In this document: one piece after another, positions 25,551-37,500 of the stretch
Layout of the letters: each line of letters begins with the position of its first letter
How positions within the stretch are numbered: position 1 is the stretch's first letter
Assembly (NCBI GenBank): GCA_965649825.1
Contig: OZ287718.1
Span: 62,001-126,000, forward strand
DNA: 64,000 bases
Origin: Penicillus capitatus
Lineage: Eukaryota > Plantae > Chlorophyta
Direction of reading: 5' to 3'
Made by a program: the position numbers and the translations under genes
Notes under the pieces: model-generated
Database searches by the model: none
The model's input: the letters and a program-made list of their open reading frames with translations, nothing else
What the model was told of the DNA's origin: nothing

Positions 25551-27608
25551 TCATATAAGAGGTGATCTCAAAGCTGTGTACATGTCTAAAAGACGGTGCT
25601 TGACGTCTTTGGTAGAAGGGCGTTCATCTGGTTCCGTCTTGAGACAATCTTCGATGAGTGATCGTAGTGATGGAGGACATCTTTCGGGATCTGCATGGAG
25701 ATAGGATTGACGTGTGAGAGGAAGAATCTCCATGTTCCAAGAAAAGGACCCCCTGAAACTAGAACTGTAGCTGTTTGTAGGATTGGGTGGATGTTCTCCC
25801 GTCACCATTTCCCATATCAAAACGCCTAAATTATCACAAGATCAGAAAGATCAGTCGATGGCGGTTAAAGGGACCTAAAGAATAGATGTCGAGCTTTTCT
25901 GTGACTCTCATTCTTCGCACAAATTGACAGAGCAGCACTTCTGGAGCAATATATCCAAAGGTGCCTCGAAACGTGCCGGTCGTCCTCGACCGGAGTGTTT
26001 TCTTGCTTGATCCAAAATCTGCCAACTTAGCAATGAAGTCCTCATCCAAAAGCACATTTGACGGCTTAAGGTCATAGTGAATGATACCATGGCTAACAGC
26101 ACCATGGCAGAATGCATTGAATACGATGTTCATTCCGTATTGCGAGGATCGCACCTGTGGAGATGATCCAGACCATTGACAACATCAAGACTGATACGTA
26201 GAATAAGACTGTAACTCATTTGTGATGGTAGGATACTGCCATGTATGGCATCCTGTAAATTGGTAAACATCAATTCCATAACAATGAAACATTGTTCACG
26301 AGACGTTTTCTGCCCCGTTTCCTGCACAAGACGTGTGAGAAGCTGAAGCTGAGCTGAAGGCATGAGAGAGTCATACCATTTTGGCGATGTTGCCTCCAAA
26401 GTACTGTACAATGTTGCGATGAAGTGGAATTTTTGCGATGATCTCGAGTTCTGAACGAAACATGCTCCGTGGGTTTATGGACGAATCGCGAGCATACTTC
26501 GCAGCAACGTGCCGCGCCTGTGGCCGAAGAGACACAGATCAAGCCCATCATCAGATATGTCAGGATTACCTTGCCATCAGGTGTCATGCAAATGGCTTCC
26601 TTAACCTCTCCACAGGCCCCCTTTCCAAGCTCAGGCAATTCGACATCCAACAAACGGATATTGTAGTTCAGCTGTGGAAATTCCGGCTCTACTGGGTCGC
26701 CGTTTTCTCTGTATAGATCGCTAATGGATCTCGGACGCGCATCGGAACGACGGGGACCAGTCGAATAGAAACTGTCACTGCCCCATTCCAATCTCGACAT
26801 TTCGTCTTCCGACCCGTCGAATGCGTTGGGAATAGCCACATTGTGTGCCGAGAAGGGTGATTGTAGGGGCGATGCTATGGGGGAGTAATCCTGATGCGTC
26901 ATTGCGATGTTCAGCACTGGCCCAGTTGAAGGTCTCGACATGTCTGACCATACTTGGTGATGAGAAGGGATAGGAGACAACGGAAGAGGATTGGACGCAT
27001 GAGACTGAGACAACTGATGACAAAGATGTTCCATGGAGGTAAGGAGACAGTGAAATACATACCTGACTCGAATCTTCAGATCTCGACAAGTGTTGTTCGA
27101 TCATGACGCGAATAGCTTCGAGTTCTGAAGTCTTCTTACGACTGTTGTACAGAAATAGGCCGAGTACGAATAGCAACAGCATGCATAAGACGGCACCCGT
27201 GATCAAAAACAGCAGCCAGGCGTGTTCGTTCCCTGCATCCTGTGGACGAGATTCCCTCGTTCGACCGCAAGGGTGCAGATATTCGAGTGTACGTGGTAGG
27301 CGTTGAAATGCGAGTTCGTAGAGTCGCTTTCGGATGGGTTCGGCCCTGTGGACATGCTTGTTTCACGGAAACGAATGACGAAGACGGGTCAATGTTTCGC
27401 GTGTTATTAGCGAGGCAAGAAAAGCGAAATGCTTCTGGCAAGTAGGCAGTCGTGCGTGCGTTCGTTTAGTACTGGACAATTTTATGTAGTGGATGAGACG
27501 TGTCAGCGCCGAGGCGACGGGAATGGACTCGACGAAACTGCTCCAAGAAGCGAAGATCAACGCAACCGCCACGCACCTGGGCTGACCCTTTCTTATCAGG
27601 TGGGTCAT
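25551..27608 (-). CDS. Single-pass membrane TKL-type Ser/Thr protein kinase (receptor-like topology); N-terminus uncertain
   Basis: [27 protein letters not shown] followed by a basic stop-transfer (RKK). Kinase motifs [35 protein letters not shown] and RP are all intact. Confidence 0.85.
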
Positions 27609-28495
27609 TCTCTTCGACCACCATGACCCTTTGACGCACACGACTTAAACCACGCACTTCCAGTAGGGACAGAGTTCTTCGGCGCAGTCGTTGAACAAAC
27701 AGCGCCCGTGGTGCAGTGGTTAAACCGAGAAAACTCCTGGGTAAAGGAGTGACGCCTAGCTCTTTGTCGCGCAGAAGTACGCGTTTGTAAGAACGAATTC
27801 GAGGACGAGACGTCGAAGGTCGAGACTGTTTGTCGGGGTTAAGGGGAGTGTGAGATGTACTGTAGGTTCGTGGTTGCAGGACCACATGCATGTATGCCTG
27901 TTTTCAACAGAAGCTGTCACGTCATCCAGTTGTCGCGCATCTCCGCGGGGTTCACCATCGTTGCAGCTACTGGCTGATACTAAACGTTCTTTCCTTCTTT
28001 TCACACATCCAAATCGATTAACACGTTCACCATTCTACGCAAGACTCCGCTCACGAACAACAGTTCCTCCTGGCGAAGTTCTTAGCTACTCTAAGCAAAC
28101 ACCTATCCTTGCTTCAACAAGACGCGCCGCGGAAACCGGAAAGAAACAAGAGAGGAACGTTTCTATCAAGAATTGAGTTCCGTGTGACCCTTTCGTCGTG
28201 TTTTACTGTATCAGATGTCGACACGACTGTCGGTAAGAATCCAAACTGGCAGCAATCGTGTGCTATGGAAGTTCCAGGGAACTTCGAGTGTCAAGACGTT
28301 TGGCTCTCTGCGAGACAGCGCACCGGATTCGGATATGCGGTAAGGGATCCAAACAGCACGAACGTACTCTTTTGCAAGTGGGCGTGCGTCGTTGAAGGAC
28401 GTTGAGATCACGAGGTGATTCTGGGACCGACCACAGTTTGGCAGTAGGCAGCCTTAAGTAAAAGACGATTGATGTGACAGATGTGTGACCGTTAG

Positions 28496-29203
28496 GTGGA
28501 AACCAGTCACCACAGCTATCCGAAGACACCTGGGCGTATGCCTGTTGCTTATGGACAGTACACAGAGATGCAGCCGGTGCAACGCGAAGCTCAACGGGAT
28601 TTGGGTCATCACTATCCAACGCAACCAATGACACATCAAGCTTTACCTGGGGGAACGGCAGCGTCTTCTCCTTTTGTCGGTCACACCACTGCAGCTGGAT
28701 TTCCAATTCAATATCAATCTGGTGTGATCACTCCGCTGCCCTACAATGCATCCAGTCCTTTTCCCGTTGGATACACGACGGCCCAAATGCCACAGCATCC
28801 CTACTCAGCATCAGGACCTATATACTTGCCCGTTAACTATAACCAAAGAGCCAATACGACAGGTTCGATTCTGCAGCCGCCGCCTCAACAAGTCAATTTG
28901 ACACCGGCTTCGACCAGTTACTCAATGCCCTTTGATCAACAGCAGCAGCAATATCATCAACATCCGCACATGTTGGCACACAGCAAATCAAATCCAGACG
29001 CAGAAGATGACTGTTTCAATATATTCTGGCTGTTCTTTCTGCTGGGCCCGTTGACATGGCCATGTGGCTTTTTTGGGGTCTGTTCAGAGAAGCACAGTGA
29101 ACGTTTGGCTGGGCTTGTTAGTGGTGTCTGTTTAGTCCTTGTTGTGATCGCAGCCGTCATTGTGATCACCCAAGCGCCGTCAGGAAATACTAGCGATGGT
29201 TAA
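28496..29203 (+). CDS. Pro/Gln/Tyr-rich protein with C-terminal two-TM domain similar to the plant 'RPL18a-like' small membrane protein family (not a ribosomal protein); possible extra 5' exons from ~28334
   Basis: C-terminal CFNIFWLFFLLGPLTW...ERLAGLVSGVCLVLVV matches the W..FLLG..W...ERAGL pattern of that family as I recall it. Confidence 0.65.
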   Translation: METSHHSYPKTPGRMPVAYGQYTEMQPVQREAQRDLGHHYPTQPMTHQALPGGTAASSPFVGHTTAAGFPIQYQSGVITPLPYNASSPFPVGYTTAQMPQHPYSASGPIYLPVNYNQRANTTGSILQPPPQQVNLTPASTSYSMPFDQQQQQYHQHPHMLAHSKSNPDAEDDCFNIFWLFFLLGPLTWPCGFFGVCSEKHSERLAGLVSGVCLVLVVIAAVIVITQAPSGNTSDG

Positions 29204-30248
29204 GTGCCTTTGTTGACAAAAAGCGTTTTGTTTTGGCCTTTGGTTTGACTTTTGACTTCATACAGCTGAGGAATACAAACAACAACCTGAGGTTTTGCCG
29301 TTTTTTTGTCAAGTCATGAAGAAGATATGTTGTCGTTGTCATTGGAATACGCTTGTCGTCCTCCCGAGAGAATTTTACGTCATAATCTGGGGACACAGTG
29401 GATGGATGTGCCGGCAACTGTAGCAGAAGATGATGAAGATCTCGGAATAATGATAATCTGGAAGCCGACTCTCCCTCCCTCCCTTCCTTTCACTAAACGG
29501 TTGACTGCTTTCTGTGACTCAGTCCGGGTTTCCCAGTTGCCCCGTGTACAAGTCTATAACGCATGTGCTGTCACCAGTGGACAGTCGATCAGAAACATTC
29601 ATAAACTGCAGAGCGAGTGAATGGTAGGAACACATTGTGCTGAGTCGATGTTTTTATCATCGCCCTTTTCTTAAGCTGAGGGGGAACCAGGCGGGTTGCC
29701 TTTTACATCTTTGCTCAAACTCTACTGTCTGTTCGTCGTTGAATAACACAAAATCTCATTTCTCTTGTGAGAAAGAGTGATTGTATACACAATCCGTCAT
29801 TCTGAATTGCAGTTTGATGTGTCTGACAATACTCTCACTCATTCTCTCACTCTTCTTACACGTGGATGGATTTTATGGAAAAGGTTTCGCTGGTAGTCGT
29901 CAAACAAAGCATACAAACGTCATAACATTCTCGACAGACAAATCAAATGCATGCAAAACTGTACAAGCACGACGGTCCAAAAATGAGACGACAGTTCAGA
30001 GATGGAAAGGGAATGCCCTAAAGGAGAGAGACGAACTCTGCTGAGGTCATTTCCACATAAGGGGTGTTATGGAACAAACGGCGCATTCTCAGACTGCTCC
30101 GTGTCGGAGAAGTGTGGAGCGGGTCTTCTTTAATGAAATAGCCGAAATCGCTGAACTGACTGTACCTCGCACACAACTGACGCAAGTCCGAATCGGGAGT
30201 TCCCCACAAGAAGCGAGAAGTCTTCTGCACGAAATAGGACAACGACAT
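29190..30248 (-). CDS. Putative multi-exon hypothetical protein (model unresolved)
   Basis: ATG 30248 is divergent from RPS15. An open, helix-like stretch covers ~29555-29190 (NWETRTESQKAVNRLVKG...LFRDLHHLLLQL); internal exons are not resolved. Confidence 0.3.
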
Positions 30249-30483
30249 CTGAAGAACACACGAACACTCTTAGTCCACCAATCACAGCAATATAAAAGGG
30301 AGACCACCTCTTTGGAAAAATCGAGGTTGGCTCGTTGGCGATGTTCAAGAATGCGAGTGCTGTACCTGTCGGTCCGTCACGTGTTTGTGCGTTCAGGTCT
30401 GGTCAGCGCCACATCATCAATTGCGTCTTCATCATTCCTTTCATCCTCTTGCCGACGGCGGCTGGATTTACATTCGTGCGATC

Positions 30484-31124
<641 letters not shown>

Positions 31125-31224
31125 GACAGATGTTTTCTCTCAAGAGTGATGATCTGTTTGTTTCCGGATCTCCGTCCGTCTGAAAAAAATCAAAAGTGTC
31201 TTCGATGAATTTCGAATTCGACAG

Positions 31225-32666
31225 CTATTCGCCTAATTGAAGGCCGAATCCAAATTTGTAGTCTTTCTTCCAATGATCGATCTCGCCGGACATGATAAAC
31301 TGCACTCCAGGGGTGAGGCGCTCCTCGATATAGGCACCCAGGGTACCATTGGAGTCAATCTTTCCGCGAACGTGGGCTCGGGAGAAGGCACAATCGTATC
31401 CCAGAGATGTCGTCGCCTCGTTCTGGTTTGCATTGTATAAGAAATCGGCGAGCAGGGAGATCTGTTGAGGACAGAGATGACAAGCGTCTACAATGGCGAG
31501 TGGAATGCACCTTTTCGCTGACTTTGTGGAGATAGGACATGGAAACGAGACCAGCTGTGGATGCCTGCAGCGTTGCAATGTGCTTGTCTGCCACCTGACG
31601 AGCGGCAACTCCCAGTCCCGACTTTCTGTGATCGTCCAGGTAGTAGACCTCACATCCAAGCGACAACTGACGTGTCACACTCTGCATGTAATTGAGTCCT
31701 GCCACAAGGATGATCGCGTAAGAACATGCTTGCACGCATCAATAACACCACACGTACCGTAGAATCCATTCGTTCCATACTTCAATTGGCCGTTCCAGTC
31801 CGTACCCTGAGAAACAACGTGTGAGAAACAAATGCTAGGCGAGGCGAAATAGAGGAGGACATTGATATCGATGTCGAACATCTGTTGGGCAATGTCTGGA
31901 TCTCTCGAGAACTGTGCTTGCCATCTGGCGGAGAATCGATCGTTGATGTCATACCTACACAAACATTGCGATGGCATTTCCCTGACAGATCGGTCTGTCT
32001 CTTTACTTGACTCTCCCAGTCATCCTGCCTTCGGATGAGATTCTGCCCATCAGCAGCAACTGTCCACACACGAGATCTGCTTAGAAGAGACGTCGTTTTT
32101 CGGGCTTGGCATGTACCTTTCGGGTAACAACGTTGGCACCGAATTCGTATGTTGCTATTGGACACTTGTATACGTGGGAGCCCTGTGTCGGAATCTCCAT
32201 GTTTCCCATAAAAATGCTGATCCACAATGCTTAGTTGACTACATGGTGGCAGGAATGTGGGAAACCTGTGAATCAATGCGAACTGTTCGTTGAGCGGCTT
32301 GGCAAACTCCAAACGCATTCCCTCAAACATCTCGGGACGCAAAGATACTGTCAGACACATCTGCTATCTGGCAGAAGACATGAGCTATTGCATTGGTGTA
32401 CTCATTATCTCGCGCTGCATGTCTTCAAACCTCGTCGGAGATGGTAAAGTACCAGGGGATGGGGCCTTCTCTTCCACCTATCACGTGCAGGTTCATAAGA
32501 CAGCGCAGAGGGTTGAGGAAGGCGGGATCTCTTGGTATTGCTGTCCGGAGGCGGCGGTCACTTCTGACTCACTTACCTGATTTTCATTGGCATTTGGGAT
32601 AGAGGATGGAGGCAAGGGGGTCGGAACGGGAGCAGGTGTGTCGGCGCGACTCACGGCAGATCCCAT
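31225..32666 (-). CDS. TOM40: Mitochondrial import channel TOM40
   Basis: LPSPTRFEDMQRE, FEGMRLEFAKPLNEQF, YEFGAN, YMQSVT and the terminal GEIDHWKKDYKFGFGLQLGE*. Confidence 0.92.
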
Positions 32667-32732
32667 CTCGTCGACGACTCGGCGATGAACGATTTCAAGC
32701 ACAACGCGTCACGTCTCATCTACGGTGGCAGA

Positions 32733-33485
32733 ATGATGTCTAGCACGATCGTCTGGCGTGGTCCACTGCTGCGGACACCACTTTCGTCTCGAGTCGTAGC
32801 GCAGAAACGTCTTCGATGCCGTGCAGAGAAAGAGAACGTCGTGTACGAAGGCATGTATGGATCTTGGACGATCGATGACGATGATCGGCGGGAAGTGTTG
32901 CTCTACCGGGCAGGACTCTCTGTCTGTGCTGCCTCTGCTGCTCTGGGAACTGCACTTTCTTTTGCACCGGAGACCTTAAGCACTCCACTCTACAATCCCA
33001 TATGTTTCGTGGGGATATTGGGATTTGGTCTTTCCCTGACTCAAGTGCACATGTATGCTGCAGAGATCAAGAAAACGATTCAGGCATTTTGGGGATTTGG
33101 TGCTCTGGGTGCTCTTTATGTGGCAGCTACGCAGGACACTGCTCTGCCGATCAGTGTTGCTCAGAATCCGGGTTATGTGTGGCTGGTGGGACCGTTTTTT
33201 GCCTCAATGACAGGACTGGCGATCAAGGAAGGCCTGTGCTATGGTAAAGCCGAGGCAGCTCTGCTGACATTTCTCATTCCGACGACATTGTTGGGGCATC
33301 TCTCGCAGACAGTGCCATCTGAAGCACTGCATTACTTAATGACAGGATGTGTCGTTCTCTTTGGCATTCTGGCCTCAAGGAAGTACTCTCAACCTGTCAA
33401 AGATGATATCGGAGACAAATCCGTCTTCACTTTTCTGAGTTTGCCCGATTCTGAGAAGAAAACCATTCTTGAAAACATGAAGTGA
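32733..33485 (+). CDS. DUF2301-family plastid integral membrane protein, intronless
   Basis: Transit peptide followed by VYEGMYGSWTIDDDDRREVLLYR, TGLAIKEGLCYGKAEA and QPVKDDIGDKSVF motifs. Confidence 0.85.
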   Translation: MMSSTIVWRGPLLRTPLSSRVVAQKRLRCRAEKENVVYEGMYGSWTIDDDDRREVLLYRAGLSVCAASAALGTALSFAPETLSTPLYNPICFVGILGFGLSLTQVHMYAAEIKKTIQAFWGFGALGALYVAATQDTALPISVAQNPGYVWLVGPFFASMTGLAIKEGLCYGKAEAALLTFLIPTTLLGHLSQTVPSEALHYLMTGCVVLFGILASRKYSQPVKDDIGDKSVFTFLSLPDSEKKTILENMK

Positions 33486-33956
33486 ACGGACGTCGTGTCA
33501 TGAAGAAAGGCGTTTGATTGATGTGACAGCCTATGTTTCGGCACCGACGGTCGCCGTGGCCGTCGCTGAAAAGCATGTTATCTTTGGCGCACCATCGGGC
33601 TTGATAACGTCAACGCCCTGCGATTCGTCGAAAGCGAAAAGATCGAGTTACCTTACGCATCCAACGTCGCCGCGCCATCGATTCTATCCCTTTACATGAT
33701 CCGATTAAAACCTTAAGGGGTTTGTTAACAAGACAATTCCCAATCAGACCGTTTCCAGAATTATCGCATCGATAACCAGAGACACGACGGAGAGAAAAGG
33801 CTGAATTTGGTTCGTCTGTCACTCTCGCAGGAAATATGGCGCCCACATTACTGACGAAAATTCGACGATGACTGTCAACCAAATGACAGTGGCCTGTTAA
33901 ACGAAACGGACAAAAATTGTCCAGTTCTTGACAGCATAAAGATTATGGCAGAGAGA

Positions 33957-34026
33957 GTGATGATGTTCTGCTGTCGGGTCTCCGATGCAAAGCTCTTCCG
34001 GTCGTAACTCATTACTCCATGACTGA
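33957..34026 (+). ncRNA. Weak candidate box C/D snoRNA
   Basis: GTGATGA (33957) and CTGA (34023) are 70 nt apart. TCATTACTCC (34009-34018) is complementary to a GGAGUAAUGA motif I recall from plant/algal 18S rRNA; not verified. Confidence 0.2.
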
Positions 34027-34547
34027 CGGACTGGACTCATGACGAGGTTCCTCTTTTTGTGAAACAGACAGCAGTTAGGGCATAAAGCTTAGCATTCTAC
34101 GAAAGCCTTCTACGCGTTCATAAAATCTGTATGTCAACGATTCGGTCTTAAGTAAAGTACACTAGAGAAACGTTCCTATGCACAGCTGATGCTTTTCTTT
34201 CTGATCATTAAACACGAGACATTCGTCAATGTCGACGACCAAACATCACAAAATCCAACATTCGTCAAAAAGCCTTCGAAAACAACCTCCAAAGAATAGG
34301 CACGACACCAATGAGACTCTGTGAAAGAGTTTGGATTCAGTCAGACAGATTCCGTTGATAAATAGAAAACCAGAACGGGCAAGCGCGTAGGTTACATTTG
34401 ATAGAACCGACAGAAAGACCACATAACACCGATGGTCAAATCCTGAAATCGCAAGGGCTTTTCAGTTTTTGGGAGAGATCTTAGAATGTACCCGCATTCT
34501 CATGCTGTGCTCTGTATAAAATGAAATCCGTCAAAGCAATGAATGCG

Positions 34548-37500
34548 TTAGTAATCGAGATACTGTAACTCGGGAAACTGAAGCGTGTCGATGTCCGTTC
34601 CTGGTTCGGCTGAAGAGGTGGACGCCGCCGCCAGAACTGCTGCCCCAAAACTGGAACCTCCTGAGTATGGCATCATTTGAAATTTTGGCGCCTGAGCGCC
34701 GTAGACCAGATTGAGACATTTCTGAGTCTGCACGTGAATGCTCTTTCGCAATCTGTCGAACTTGATATAGAGGGATCCATCCACGCACACGATGACAGGA
34801 TCTGTGACGGTTGGCTTATCTCGGCGAACGTGTGCGATTGTTGCAGCTAGGCAGCATCCCAAGAGTATCGCCGCTCGATCGACCACGATTTCACACACTT
34901 TACGAATGTTACGGGTGTCTTCTGTTGTTGGCTCGATGTCTAGATCTGATCTCAGCATTGCTGAACTGGTCGACAGTCCAGGCGAACGATCAGAGCAGAT
35001 TTCGGAGACCATTTCAGCTGTCAGACTATGACGCTTCTTTAAATCGCCTAGTGCTCCGGGTTTGAGTATGGCAGTCTCGTCGCAAAGAGATATCAGGAGT
35101 AAACGACAGAGCTCACCGATGTTTTCTCCAGATACCATCTTCTCAAACAAGTAGCCACCTGAGCAACAAGAATGGATCTCTGATGCTTGGCCTCATGGTC
35201 TTACCTGGATGTTGACTGCTCGTGTCCAGATTCAGATCAATATCGGATGGAACAATGTGCTCAGATGCAAATGCGCCCCATTCAATATTGACAGCCGTGA
35301 GCACGTCACTTGGCAATCCTGGTACCCATTTGCGAATGTCTCTCACTTTCTCTACACAGGAAGCATTTGTCCCCGTTCCGACAACAACGCCGATCTCTGT
35401 TCTTGGATCAGCGTATCTGTGCAGACAGACATATATCAACTCGATCGATACTTTAAGCGGACCACCAGCAATGTTACCTTCCAGCACACAAGACACCCAC
35501 CGCGTCGTTGCAGACAATGTGAACATCGACATCCATATCCTGCTTCGTGAACGTATCTATCAGTCCAGTCAGTGTCATGAATCCACGCACAGTGAGAAAC
35601 TATACGATACCCCTCAGCAGTGTCACCACGTCTTGTCCAATCGCGTCGTCGTATGCATAACCCTACATCCCACAGCACATATTCAATTTTCATTTAGGAT
35701 GCAGACGAGATAAGAGTATAGCATTTTTGCCCATCTCTGTATTGAGAACAAATGATCAGAGACAAGGACAGAGACAGATGGATAGAGAATTACTGATGTT
35801 TGCATCATCACCATCACCATCACCGTCAGCATCATATCCATCACCGTTCTCACTATCACTGTCATGATCGATAGGCAGGTGTGTATGTTACAGCGTTTAA
35901 GATTTGACATAGTGCTCAAAAATACATCTGCCAAATGGCGGAATAAATGATTAGAGCTTTGCACATTGCGGTTATTTTTCAGGAACGTGATCATTCCCTC
36001 ACAACACTGTTTGTCATGGGATTGATGTCCGTTAGTGGTTTTCCTCATAATAATGACATAGGCGATATGACAAAAGGACCAATAGAAACAAGGACTTTGA
36101 TAAATAGAAGGAAATAGACAAACGCATCAGCCTTGAAACTTAAATAACATGGAGTGAGAGACTTTTGAAAGCACAGGTACGAACAGAGACCCCGAACAAA
36201 AAATCATTATCCACACACGTCAATGCGTTGTCCATGTCGATACTCTTCGCTCCTCCTCCATTAGACCTTTTTCACATTCAAGGCTGTTGTGAGACCCATC
36301 CATGCATACACACATACACTTCAAACGACCACCGCCCACCCCGCCACCCCATCCCACCGTCAACAACAACAAGAAACAGATAGACAGTCAAGCAGACCAC
36401 CAGCACAGATATACAGTTAGACAAAAACACAGCAGCACCAGGAAAACATCGATCATTCACGACAAAGGTGAGAGCAACAGAGAGAGATGTGTAAAGCCAG
36501 CCAGCCAGCCCACTGCTGTTTCAGGATTTGCGACAACCGACAGCACTCTGCAGAACAGCAATGGCTGCAAGCTCTTTCCGTGTTAGTCCTAATTCAGCGC
36601 CCGTCCCAAACTTCTCCAATGCGTATTGCACTTCGGGTTTGGATAACATCGTTTCCAGCGCCACGGCTGCGCGACGAGGTGTCGGTATCTGTGTCAATGC
36701 ATCCATCAGCAGTTTCAAATCTCTCTGCAGAATTTGATCGTTCTCTGTAACCTCAACTTCTGCCATCGACTCGTCAGAGGAAGGCGCCGAATTGTCTGAT
36801 AATTCCTCGCGTTTCCCAGAACCACTTTCGTATTCGTAATCTGACGACCGCACGCGTTTGGCCCTCGTCGAACTGCGAAGGCGTCTTCTCGACGGGTCGT
36901 CATCTCGGCGACGCCGTTCGTTCTGTCTCAAGCGACTGGCATTGTCGTCCGCTTGCAACCAGTCTGCTTTCTCGCCAGTCAGGGGATCGACGCCATCCCA
37001 TGCTTCGTTTCCAGTCTCGACGCGACCGCCCATGGCTGGATAGGTCTTCCTTGTGAAAGGGTACGCTTGGCGGTAGCGGAAAAAGAACTCGGCGTATTTC
37101 AAAGAGCCGATGCCTTGACGTCGTCGCAAATTATCGCCTCGTTGTTTCAATTGAAGTTTCTCGCGTTCAGTGAGCGGTTGTCGCAGTTCAGGGAGGGGCG
37201 GAACGGGAGGCAACGACTTGTCCTCCTCTTCCTCTTGTTTCACAGAAAACATAAACGAAAGATGAGGGGAGAAAGAACGTCGACGATTTTGTGACAAATC
37301 CGTCGTTGCGTTGCGCGTCACAATCAATGCAGAAAAGCGGCGCCACGTACACACACGAACACCGAAGCCACGATGTGACACAGAAAAAGCAGCACTCTGA
37401 CTCTCAAGGATGAAAAGACCGGACCGGCACCAAAATGCCAAAAATGCGAACGTATGTTGCGCCACAAGACGTCAGAACAGCAAACGACCCAAGAGCACTC

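Noticed and set aside
11339-27470. In-frame TAA/TAG between protein-like ORFs, suggesting the ulvophycean TAR=Gln code
   Set aside because: Conserved proteins end exactly at TAA (RPS17) and TAG (dynein LLCSID*). The interruptions are explained by short introns.
27702-27760. tRNA-like start GCGCCCGTGGTGCAGTGGTTAAA
   Set aside because: There is no closing D-stem, anticodon arm, TTCG T-loop or complementary acceptor strand.
35979-36048. Intronic C/D snoRNA (minus strand) matching 25S GAACGUGA
   Set aside because: The C box is non-canonical and the guide is only 8 nt, which is compatible with chance.
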